Shown here: piece after piece, positions 35,617 through 44,607 of the stretch
Layout of the letters: each line of letters starts with the position of its first letter
How positions within the stretch are numbered: the first letter of the stretch is position 1
Source: Planctomycetales bacterium
GTDB taxonomy: Bacteria; 4484-113
Direction: 5' to 3'
Assembly (NCBI GenBank): GCA_037441675.1
Contig: JBBIRS010000001.1
Coordinates: 64,001-128,000, forward strand
DNA: 64,000 bases
Notes under the pieces: generated by a model
Told to the model about the DNA's origin: nothing
Database searches by the model: none
The model's input: the letters and a program-made list of their open reading frames with translations, nothing else
Program-made: the position numbers and the translations under genes

Positions 35617-37596
35617 TTAATTACTCCACTCAATCGTATAACATTCGTACAAATGTTCGTTAATATCTCTTAAAAATCGGGATGGTCTATTAATGCTTGG
35701 ATAGTCATTATTTTCTTCTTCGTTTGATTCTGGAAAGCTCAAGAAGAGAAAGTTCTTTGCTCTAGTAACCGCAACATAAAATAACCGTCTTTCTTCTTCT
35801 ATCAATTCAGGGTCATGAAAGCACATTCTATGTGGAATATCTCCATCAGTTAAGTTTGCGATAAAAACGCAATCCCATTCAAGCCCCTTTGCTTGATGGA
35901 TAGTAGTTAGGGTAACTTTATCCTCATTTTCAACAGGCGTTTCAAATTCCAGTGTTTCCCTTCCGCTGAAGGCTTGATTCAATGCGGAATCCGTGAGAAA
36001 TTCGGAAAAATCTTCATAATTCTTTGAGAATTGAACAAGCTCATCTATATCCTCAACTCTATCTTCAAAATCATCGTATAAGCTTGCCATTCTTTCCTTA
36101 TAGTAAGATTCAATTACATAAAGTATTAAATTATCAATTGAACATGCGCTGTTCAACATCTGGTATAGTGTGCTTAAGACCTTGCTTAGAAATTTCAAAG
36201 AGTTCTTACCCTTCCCTTTAGTTACGTTGGATAATTCTTCACTCATTAGCCATTCCAATGGTTTACTTTGCTTGTTCAGTTGAGAGAGGATGCAGGCGAT
36301 CGTTTTAGTCCCTACGTTTTCGCATAGACTTACTACTCTGGTTAAGGCTGTTTCGTTCAGGGGGTTCGCAAGTATATAGAGATGTGCAAGTAAATCCTTA
36401 ATATGAGCTCTCTCCATAAACCTTATGCCTCCACGCACTCTATAGGGTATGCTATTTCTCTTTAATGCAAGTTCTATCTTTAGGGAATGTCTATGGCTTC
36501 TGAAGAGAACTCCAATACTATTAAATCTAACGTTGCTCCTTTTCAAATTCAAGATCTGTCTAGCTATAAATTCGGCTTGTTCTTTAGGATTCTTAGTAAT
36601 AACTAACTTAGGTACTTCTTTGCTAGGACGAGTAGGTTTGAGTTTTTTCAAAAATTGCGGAGCAGTATTACTTATTATGCTATTTGCGAGTGCCAAAATC
36701 TCCGGGGTACTCCTGTAGTTGATCTCCAATTTGTAAATAGCGGTACCTGGGAAGTCTTTTGGCACATTGAGAATGTTTCTATAATCAGCCGCCCGAAAGC
36801 TGTAAATGCTTTGTGTGTCATCTCCAACGATATACACGTTTCCATTCACGTAACTCAGCTCTTTGACAATTTCCGCTTGGATAGGGCTTGTGTCTTGGTA
36901 CTCATCTGCTAGGACATGTTGAAACTGTTTTGAAATACTCTTTCCAACTTCGGAGCTTTTAAGTAAGCGAAGGAAGTTAACCTGCAGGTCATCAAAATCC
37001 ATCAACTTTTGTTTGCGCTTAAGCGCCTCGTATTCCACAATCATTTTTTCAATGTCATCGATGAATTTAGTAAACTCGAAGTGGGCTTCTCGAATTAACC
37101 CTTTTAATTGAAGCATCTTATTCCGAGCTAAGCACCAGATTGTGTAAATCTGAGAGGCGCTTGGGAAGTCTTTTTCACTAGTTTTTGGGATTAGTGTTTT
37201 TCTAAGCTTCTTCACCAGGCTTTTTGCATCATCATCATCTATAATGGAAAAGTTATTCTCAAGATTAATTGAGCGGGCATACTTTCTAAGAAATAGACTT
37301 GCGACGTGATGAAAAGTGCCCCCAATGATCTTCGGTGCCGAAATACCGGTAAGAGCCTCAACGCGTGAGAGCATCATTTTTGCAGCCCGATTGGTAAATG
37401 TTAGAAGGATAATGTTTCTTGGGTCTATAAAATGCTTAATCAAATGAGCGACACGGTATGTTATTACGGTAGTCTTTCCAGTTCCCGCTCCGGAAAGCAC
37501 AAGCACCCTGCTTTCAGGCGCAGTGACTGCGGCAAACTGTTGCTCATTCAGTTTAGCTTCTAATTTTAGATGCTGATATTGTCTAACGAGCTTCAT
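35617..37596 (-). CDS. UvrD/PcrA-family ATP-dependent DNA helicase
   Basis: Motifs GAGTGKT, TFTNRAA, GTFH, DEYQD, VGDD.QSIYSFR, NYRS, TIHQAKGLEW and EERRLFYVAVTRAK. Confidence 0.95.
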   Translation of the reverse strand: MKLVRQYQHLKLEAKLNEQQFAAVTAPESRVLVLSGAGTGKTTVITYRVAHLIKHFIDPRNIILLTFTNRAAKMMLSRVEALTGISAPKIIGGTFHHVASLFLRKYARSINLENNFSIIDDDDAKSLVKKLRKTLIPKTSEKDFPSASQIYTIWCLARNKMLQLKGLIREAHFEFTKFIDDIEKMIVEYEALKRKQKLMDFDDLQVNFLRLLKSSEVGKSISKQFQHVLADEYQDTSPIQAEIVKELSYVNGNVYIVGDDTQSIYSFRAADYRNILNVPKDFPGTAIYKLEINYRSTPEILALANSIISNTAPQFLKKLKPTRPSKEVPKLVITKNPKEQAEFIARQILNLKRSNVRFNSIGVLFRSHRHSLKIELALKRNSIPYRVRGGIRFMERAHIKDLLAHLYILANPLNETALTRVVSLCENVGTKTIACILSQLNKQSKPLEWLMSEELSNVTKGKGKNSLKFLSKVLSTLYQMLNSACSIDNLILYVIESYYKERMASLYDDFEDRVEDIDELVQFSKNYEDFSEFLTDSALNQAFSGRETLEFETPVENEDKVTLTTIHQAKGLEWDCVFIANLTDGDIPHRMCFHDPELIEEERRLFYVAVTRAKNFLFLSFPESNEEENNDYPSINRPSRFLRDINEHLYECYTIEWSN

Positions 37597-37786
37597 CTAC
37601 CCAACCCGTATTAAATAAAGATTATTTCATACTACTATTAAATAAACTGGGAGAAATGACGCCCCAATTTGGTTTGATAGCCTATGATACTGTCTATGAA
37701 ACTTTTAGGATAATCTTTGTTGGCAGTGAACTCAAAATACTAGAAAAATTTCAGTTACATAGTCTTGATATAATTCTAAATTGTTT

Positions 37787-37860
37787 GGGGAGGTAGCTCA
37801 GCTGGCTAGAGCGCTGGTCTGTGGAACCAGAGGTCGAGGGTTCGATCCCCTCCCTCCCTA
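37787..37860 (+). tRNA. tRNA-His (anticodon GTG), atypical: no encoded G-1, G1.U72, A73, CCA not encoded
   Basis: Cloverleaf: acceptor GGGGAGG/CCTCCCT, D arm GCTC...GAGC, anticodon arm CTGGT-CT-GTG-GA-ACCAG, T arm GAGGG-TTCGATC-CCCTC. The discriminator is A and the base at -1 is T. Confidence 0.95.
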
Positions 37861-37951
37861 GTTGAGGCTGTCTTAATAAAAGCTAGGCTGATGAATAGCC
37901 CTTTATTTTTAACCTTTTAGCTGGATTTCTCTCTTGAAGACGGATAATCCA

Positions 37952-39337
37952 ATGGACAAAGTGAAAATCAAACCCAGGTTAATTCGGGGCTTCAAGGATC
38001 ATTCACCTTATGAGGTTAAGGTTCTTCATCACATAATTAACGCCTTTGAAAAAACTTTTTTGCTTTATGGTTTTACACCATTGGAGACATCCGTAATTGA
38101 ACATCAAGATATTCTACTTTCAGAGCTAGGTGTTGATCCGAACAAGCAGATCTATCGCTTTTATGACCTAGAGAGGACACCTGTTGGCTTGCGTTTTGAT
38201 TTAACTTTGTCCTTAGCTAGGTTCGTTGCAATGAATATAAATGAGCTATCCTTTCCATTCAAGCGTTTTCAGGTTGGCAAAGTTTGGCGATTTGATAAGC
38301 CAAAACGCGGACGCTTGCGGGAATTTTTTCAACTGGATGCTGATGTTCTTGGTGCCCCGCCCTATGAACCAGAGGTGGAGATTGTGACCGCGGTTTCTCA
38401 GGCATTTCATCGGCTAGGGATTGATTGCTACTACTTCAAAATTAATGACAGGAAGTATTTATCCAGCCTTCTTAATGAACTAGGTGTCGAGGAGAAAAAG
38501 CATAAGGATATATTCCGGGTTCTTGACAAACTTTCTGTTCAAGGCGAATCTAAAGTTTTTAAGGAAATAACGGGACAACTTCTTCTTCAGGATTTTGATT
38601 CATCCCTTGAGTTTGAGAGGATGCAAGAGGTCAAAATAGATGTTGAGACAGGTAAATCTTTACTAAACAAGATTCGTAATCCTGAGCCGTTAAAGACTCA
38701 CTTGAAAGAATTCTTTCAAAGGGTGCTTGAAGAGGGCGTTGATGAGAGAAAAATACTCTTCTCGCCATCTCTAACGCGTGGGCTGGATTACTACACTGGT
38801 TTCATTTGTGAAATAATGCTTGAGGGAGCTGAAAAAATAGGAAGCATCGGTGGTGGCGGTCGCTATGACAATCTTGTTGGTAAATACTGTGATAGAGTAA
38901 TCAGTGGATTTGGACTAAGCGTTGGACTGGATAGACTGTTGGGAGGTTTAGAGCTCTGCCCTCAGGAAATTACATCTATCTTTCCCCAAATATCCAAGCA
39001 ATCATCAGCAGTTGTTTTGGTAACAGTTTTTGACGACTCTCTGCGTAGTGAGAGCTCACGAATTGCCAGAATGTTGCGGGAGGCTGGCATTTCAACTGAA
39101 ACTTGGCTTATACCTCATTGCGAAAAAGGTAAAACCCTCTCCGGTCAGCTTAAATTCGCAGACAAGGCGGGAATACCCATTGCTGTTATTCCAGGTGAGG
39201 AAGAACTTAGGAAAAATCCACAAACTGTCCAAGTCAAGGATTTAAGAACTGAGTTTGGAGAGTCGCACAAGCAATTTGAAGTACCATTAGACAGGTTAGT
39301 TGAAACAATTCAAAGTCTACTTGATAGAAAATCCTAG
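37952..39337 (+). CDS. hisS: Histidine--tRNA ligase
   Basis: Motifs RGFKD, LRFDLT, WR.....GRLREFFQLDAD, RGLDYYTG and GGGRYDNL, plus a C-terminal anticodon-binding domain (QLKFADK..IP). The start is either the ATG at 37952 or the TTG at 37934. Confidence 0.96.
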   Translation: MDKVKIKPRLIRGFKDHSPYEVKVLHHIINAFEKTFLLYGFTPLETSVIEHQDILLSELGVDPNKQIYRFYDLERTPVGLRFDLTLSLARFVAMNINELSFPFKRFQVGKVWRFDKPKRGRLREFFQLDADVLGAPPYEPEVEIVTAVSQAFHRLGIDCYYFKINDRKYLSSLLNELGVEEKKHKDIFRVLDKLSVQGESKVFKEITGQLLLQDFDSSLEFERMQEVKIDVETGKSLLNKIRNPEPLKTHLKEFFQRVLEEGVDERKILFSPSLTRGLDYYTGFICEIMLEGAEKIGSIGGGGRYDNLVGKYCDRVISGFGLSVGLDRLLGGLELCPQEITSIFPQISKQSSAVVLVTVFDDSLRSESSRIARMLREAGISTETWLIPHCEKGKTLSGQLKFADKAGIPIAVIPGEEELRKNPQTVQVKDLRTEFGESHKQFEVPLDRLVETIQSLLDRKS

Positions 39338-40659
39338 TTGCGTCTCTTTTTATTCTTTCTTCTACCAAGGGGCATCTTCAACGCCTCAACTGTGCTTTGC
39401 ATTTGCTCAAATTGTTTCAAGAAAAGGTTCACCTGCTGAACGGTAGTTCCACTTCCCCTAGCGATCCGTCTCTTTCTGCTTGCGTTAAGAATAGAAGGTT
39501 TTTGCCTTTCAGCTTTAGTCATTGAAAGCGCAATTGCTTCAAATTGCTTCATCCGCAAAATTCCTTCCTCCATTTGTTCTTTGCTGATATTAACTCCCGG
39601 TAAGTAATTGATTAATGAAATCAAATTCCCAACCGTTTTAGTTGTTTTCAAAGTTTTGAGAAAACTTTCAATGGTGAATTTTGAAGAAAGGATATCCTCC
39701 TGAAGATTTTGGATATCGTTCTTACTTAGTTCCATTGATACTTTTTCGGCAAAAGTTTCCAAATCTCCAAGTCCTATAAGTCTCTTTGCCCATCTTTTAG
39801 GCTCAAATTCTTCAAGGTCATCAATCTTCTCGCCAGTCCCAATGTAACGAATCGGTTTACCGATGGCATAGTAGATAGAAAGGGCTGCGCCACCTTTAGC
39901 ATCACTATCCGCTTTCGTTAGAATTATGCCAGTAAGTCCCACCTTCTCCTCATAGGTCTTGGCAATATTGACCGCATCCTGACCGGTACTTGCGTCTGCG
40001 ACAAGTAGTGCTTCACCTGGGGCAACAAGAGACTTAATTTCTCGAAGTTGAGAAATCTCTTCCTCATCTATATGAAGTCTTCCAGCGGTGTCAAAAATGA
40101 CAGGCTTAAACTTTTGGGAATCCGCGTAATCTTGTGCGCTCTTTATCATTTCGGTTAATTCCCCTGAATGGTAGGAGAATGAATCTACTCCTGCATTTCT
40201 AGCTAAGATGTTCAGTTGTTTGAGAGCTGCAGGTCGTTTAGTATCTAGGCAAACAAGTATGGGTCGGAAACCTTGATTTTTCAATCGGTAAGCTAGCTTT
40301 ACCGCGGTGGTGGTCTTTCCGGAGCCCTGAAGTCCCATTATTAAAATGGGATTATCTCTCCTCAAGCTAAGTGATGTTCCAGTTCCGTCATTGTCACCAC
40401 CTAAAGCGCGAACTATCTCATCTTGTATTAATCTCGTGAGCGATTCTGCAGAAGTCAAATTACCTTCCCGGTACAGGTTTTCCGCTTCATGCCGTATATT
40501 TGCAACAAAGGCTCTCGCTACAGCAAGATTAACATCCGCTTCAAGAAGGGCAATTCTCAACTTTGTAATTTCTTCCTCCATCTCGTGAGGCGAAAGACGG
40601 ACTTTGCCCTTTATCCGACGTAAGACGGATGTCAGCTTTTCTGAAAGGACATGAAACAT
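39334..40659 (-). CDS. ffh: Signal recognition particle protein
   Basis: Motifs ALLEADV, GLQGSGKTTT, DTAGRL, TKAD..AKGGAALS and GTGEK, and the M-domain SRKRRIARGSGT. Confidence 0.96.
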   Translation of the reverse strand: MFHVLSEKLTSVLRRIKGKVRLSPHEMEEEITKLRIALLEADVNLAVARAFVANIRHEAENLYREGNLTSAESLTRLIQDEIVRALGGDNDGTGTSLSLRRDNPILIMGLQGSGKTTTAVKLAYRLKNQGFRPILVCLDTKRPAALKQLNILARNAGVDSFSYHSGELTEMIKSAQDYADSQKFKPVIFDTAGRLHIDEEEISQLREIKSLVAPGEALLVADASTGQDAVNIAKTYEEKVGLTGIILTKADSDAKGGAALSIYYAIGKPIRYIGTGEKIDDLEEFEPKRWAKRLIGLGDLETFAEKVSMELSKNDIQNLQEDILSSKFTIESFLKTLKTTKTVGNLISLINYLPGVNISKEQMEEGILRMKQFEAIALSMTKAERQKPSILNASRKRRIARGSGTTVQQVNLFLKQFEQMQSTVEALKMPLGRRKNKKRRN

Positions 40660-40752
40660 ACTTTCAGTAAATATTACATGAAATTCTTAAATCTCTATAA
40701 CTCAAATTATGCTAAAGATGAGTTATTATGATAAAATTTAGCCTGAATAACT

Positions 40753-40992
40753 ATGTTAGGTTCTCTTTTCTTAACCTTTTCGTTTATTGTGATGGCGCTT
40801 ATCGCTGTTTCAATGATAGTAGTTACCCTTTCACTAAACACTAAGAGTGAAGGATTAGGAGCTGCAATCACAGGTGCTGGCGATTCGTATCGGGGTGCGG
40901 TTGGAGTTGAGGAGAAGAAGCGCCAGCTTTTAAGGCGTCTTGGTTACACGTTTCTTATAGTCACATTTCTCTTTGCGCTTTTCAATAGGTAG
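40753..40992 (+). CDS. secG: Preprotein translocase subunit SecG
   Basis: Small protein with two TM helices flanking a KSEGLGAAITG loop. Confidence 0.8.
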   Translation: MLGSLFLTFSFIVMALIAVSMIVVTLSLNTKSEGLGAAITGAGDSYRGAVGVEEKKRQLLRRLGYTFLIVTFLFALFNR

Positions 40993-41010
40993 GGTGCTGT
41001 CCACCCTTTT
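40991..41010 (+). terminator. Possible weak terminator after secG
   Basis: AGGGTG-CTGTC-CACCCT followed by TTT. Confidence 0.4.
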
Positions 41011-41079
41011 GTAACTGGTTTTGGGTTCACTACTTGATTCTCGCAGGGTAAGCAAAGTCATTTATATTAGATATATTAG

Positions 41080-42402
41080 ATGCGGACAGATAAAAAGAGA
41101 CTTCTCCTGCCAATTCCCTCATTTTTGTTCTCCCTCTTATTTTTTGGACCTTTAACTTTTCTGCCCTTTACCTCAAATCCTTATCATCCGTTCATTTGTT
41201 CTGTCTCGCTTATCGTTCTCAGCTTAGGAGTAATAGACCTCCTTCTTGCACTGTTTGAAGAGGTGCCTTTAATAAGCAGGAAATTACCTCCCCTTTGGGT
41301 CGTAGGCGTTAAAGGGAACTACGAAGTTTTACTCTTTAATCCTCTCAGGCGTCCTCTCCTAATTGAGTTTGCTGAAGACACCCTAGATTACATGAAGAAG
41401 CTCTATAGTGTAGGAAGAATAAAACTGCAATCGCAAGCGGAAGTAACGATCTCCGTTAATTTCATAGCTTTCGCTAGAGGGAATCTAGGGCTCGGCTCGA
41501 TCTATTTGAGATACCCTACAAGATTAAGTTTCTGGTATAAGAGCGTTAAACTTGAGAGTACCGATTCAATTAGGATATACCCCTATATTAGGGATTACAT
41601 AGTGTTTGATCCTTTCCAGCATCGTCGTCGGCAATTTCAGATTGGGCAGAAGAAAGTGCTGATACAGGGGGAAGGAGCTGACTTTGACAGATTGAGGTTG
41701 TATCAACCGGGAGATGACTACAAAAAGATTAACTGGAAGGCTACAGCAAGATTGTATCGTCCAGTGGTTTCAGTGTTCTCTGCTGAACAAAACAAGGAAA
41801 TAATGGTTTTACTGGACCGAGGCAGGCATATGCACGCAGATATTAGCGGAAGGACTAGATTTGATAGATTTTTAGATGCCGTCGTTCAGCTTGCTTACGC
41901 TGTCCAAATTGAGAATGATAGGTTAGGCTTCCTTTTATTTGATGATGATGTCAGGAAGTTTTTCCCACCAAGGAAGAATCGAAATATCCTCTCCGAATTA
42001 TACGACATTCAGCCAGTCCATATTGAGCCTGACTATATTAGAATGGTCAGGTTTTTGAACAAACACTTTAGGCGTAGGTCGCTCATCCTTCTTTTTACCG
42101 AAGTCGGAGATTCTCTGACTGGTGAACGTCTTATTCTTGCGTTAACGGAGCTCGTAAAGTATGGGCAAGTTACTCTAATACTTCTTGATAATCCGAAAGT
42201 TCTAAAGCTTTCTTCTACCCCTCCAGTAGATGAGGCTTCATTTTACACTCATACCGCCGCCCTCTCCAACCTAAAGAGTAAAAGGTTGCTCTGTGAACGT
42301 ATTAGAAGAATGGGAGTGGACGTTGTAAGGGCATATTCAGAGACCCTAAACCTTGAACTTGTGAATAAATACCTTGGATACAAAATTGCAAGATATGGTT
42401 AG
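41080..42402 (+). CDS. DUF58 domain-containing protein (MoxR-associated)
   Basis: N-terminal TMs, G.GADFDRLRLYQPGDDYKKINWKATAR, LLDRGR.M, DRLG and RRRSLILLFT. Confidence 0.9.
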   Translation: MRTDKKRLLLPIPSFLFSLLFFGPLTFLPFTSNPYHPFICSVSLIVLSLGVIDLLLALFEEVPLISRKLPPLWVVGVKGNYEVLLFNPLRRPLLIEFAEDTLDYMKKLYSVGRIKLQSQAEVTISVNFIAFARGNLGLGSIYLRYPTRLSFWYKSVKLESTDSIRIYPYIRDYIVFDPFQHRRRQFQIGQKKVLIQGEGADFDRLRLYQPGDDYKKINWKATARLYRPVVSVFSAEQNKEIMVLLDRGRHMHADISGRTRFDRFLDAVVQLAYAVQIENDRLGFLLFDDDVRKFFPPRKNRNILSELYDIQPVHIEPDYIRMVRFLNKHFRRRSLILLFTEVGDSLTGERLILALTELVKYGQVTLILLDNPKVLKLSSTPPVDEASFYTHTAALSNLKSKRLLCERIRRMGVDVVRAYSETLNLELVNKYLGYKIARYG

Positions 42403-42770
42403 AATTCAGACTAGCCTAATATTAGTATAGTAAGATTTTTCTAATTACTTTAAGTCTAATCTTACCCGTGTAAATTATTTAGCCTAACTTCTAAAAATTC
42501 TAAATAGCCGAATTATGTGAAAAGATTGTTTGGTAGATATTTTTGCTTATTACAGCTGACTTATTCGCTTCTTATGTAGGCAATCTACATTAGACACACC
42601 AATTTCACCGCAAGGCGCAGTCTTTATTGCAAAGTAAAAGTTTGGTAGCTTTAATTTTAGGGTATAATCAAAGGTGGGTTAAGCGAAAAAACTTGTTGCT
42701 TGACTCAAGTTTCAAAATTGAAGGATAATTTTGGGTTGAACCGACAAGAAAGCCTTAATGGAGTTGAACT

Positions 42771-44537
42771 ATGACGTTCATGAGAAAACTAGTCTTACTG
42801 ATAGGGGGAGTTTTTTTTGTCTTTGTGTTGGCTAGTTGTGGAGGAGGCGATTCCACGACCACTACGCCCAGCGACGGTCAAGAGCCTGGCTCTAATCCAC
42901 ACCCTTGGGGTATTTACTCCGGGGTTTCGGTTGACTTTGTTGACCGTACATTCAGAGTTAGCGGTGGAGGGACAGATGATCCAAAGGACACTGATCCCAT
43001 CTTTCTACATCTAGCCTCCGCCACACAAAGTTTAGACATAGCAGTTCCCAAAATTGATAGACAAGAGGTCGTAGATGTTATTTTAAGCACTGCCGATAGG
43101 GTTCACGTACGAGTGTTAACCGAGAAAGCTTTTGCAGAGGATCCGCATTATCGTCCCTACCTGGAGCAACTCAGGTTACATCCTAACATTGAGGTTCGCA
43201 CAGACCAGGATGGTGAGCCGAGGATAATGCACGCTAGGTTTCTAATAATTGATGGGGCTAGGGTAGTTACCGGTAGTTACAATTGGAGCGAGGAGGCTAG
43301 CGAGAGGACTATCGGTGATTTACTGGTAATTAACGATTCAAGAATTGCATCAACATTTACAAACCAATTTAACCAGATGTTTGTAGAAGGCAAGTTTGGC
43401 ACCGCGAAGCGCGATGCAACCCCGCATAGCTTTCCAGTATTCGGTAATTTAGGAGTGATTGACGTTTACTTTGGTCCAACTAACAAGTTTGATCAAATCC
43501 TTCAAGGCGAAATAGAGCAATCAAGACATGTCGCTAGTGTGGTTGAGCAGTTCTCTAACTTTGGTTTTGCCAACTTTCTGGTTCAGTGGCTAGGCGGAAC
43601 AATTGGGCTTGGAGACCCCTCCACAAGGTCAATGGTGCTCATTATTGATGATATTGGCCAGTATGGTGATACAGATGAAAATCTCGTTTACGAATCGCTT
43701 TTAGGATTATTATCTGAAAGTGAAGATGTTGGAAGTGGAGGAATCCCGGCTACTTTAACCATTAATTCTGCCCCAGATTTAAATTGGGCGAGCATAGGAG
43801 TTCATACAAGTGAAAAATTATTATTTGCAGACCATGCGTTTGGAACCGGAATCCCAGCAGTAGTAGTAAGTACTGCGAACTGGACTGAACAAGGCTTCTC
43901 TCTCAATGACGAGGTAATGGTCATTCTAAGGGGGTCTATTCTCGCGACAAAGTACCATTTTATCACGACATTTCAAGTTCCCCACTTTGGGAGGGACTTT
44001 ATTACAAATGACGTCAGAGAGATAGAACAACTAAGCTTGATGTATCCATTCGTGACGAATGGGACCGATACAATGGTGCCCCGTGATCCCGCTCTTAGCG
44101 ATATTTCTACTGGAGTAATTCACGGAACAGTTGATAACTTCCGTCGTGAGTATTCTTATCAAGATAGCGATGGTAATATGATTACCCAGCTTCTAGATAT
44201 AATGTGGGAAATTGAAGGCGAATATTACTTTGGCGGTCCTATTAATGGATACATAAATCCCACATTTGACGAAAACGAAGCTACCAATCCTGGGAAAAAC
44301 TATGTGCTGGTAATTCCTGCAGGCAAAATGACGGTTAGGGCGGTCGTTGTAGACGCCGATGGTAATGCCATTGAGGGTTTTGTGCCTAATGAAAAGATTG
44401 TAGAGGTAAGTCCAGGTGGAGTCGTCAATGTGAAATTTAGTATTACCGCACCGACGATAACTCCGGGCACTGGAGGCACAACCGGCGGTGGCCCCGGAGG
44501 CGGTGGCGGTGGTGGGGGCGGTGGAGGGCTATCTTAG
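42771..44537 (+). CDS. Phospholipase D-fold lipoprotein with altered HKD motifs and a Gly-rich tail
   Basis: Lipobox LASC-GGG. Motif 1 is MHARFLIID....TGSYNWS and motif 2 is HTSEKLLFAD...STANWT....NDE. The C-terminus is a poly-Gly run. Confidence 0.75.
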   Translation: MTFMRKLVLLIGGVFFVFVLASCGGGDSTTTTPSDGQEPGSNPHPWGIYSGVSVDFVDRTFRVSGGGTDDPKDTDPIFLHLASATQSLDIAVPKIDRQEVVDVILSTADRVHVRVLTEKAFAEDPHYRPYLEQLRLHPNIEVRTDQDGEPRIMHARFLIIDGARVVTGSYNWSEEASERTIGDLLVINDSRIASTFTNQFNQMFVEGKFGTAKRDATPHSFPVFGNLGVIDVYFGPTNKFDQILQGEIEQSRHVASVVEQFSNFGFANFLVQWLGGTIGLGDPSTRSMVLIIDDIGQYGDTDENLVYESLLGLLSESEDVGSGGIPATLTINSAPDLNWASIGVHTSEKLLFADHAFGTGIPAVVVSTANWTEQGFSLNDEVMVILRGSILATKYHFITTFQVPHFGRDFITNDVREIEQLSLMYPFVTNGTDTMVPRDPALSDISTGVIHGTVDNFRREYSYQDSDGNMITQLLDIMWEIEGEYYFGGPINGYINPTFDENEATNPGKNYVLVIPAGKMTVRAVVVDADGNAIEGFVPNEKIVEVSPGGVVNVKFSITAPTITPGTGGTTGGGPGGGGGGGGGGGLS

Positions 44538-44607
44538 CTTTCCTTCCGCAAATACTTTTGTATGCTCTTTAGTTTGCTTGCAATTTAGGTGATAATTGGG
44601 AGCAATT

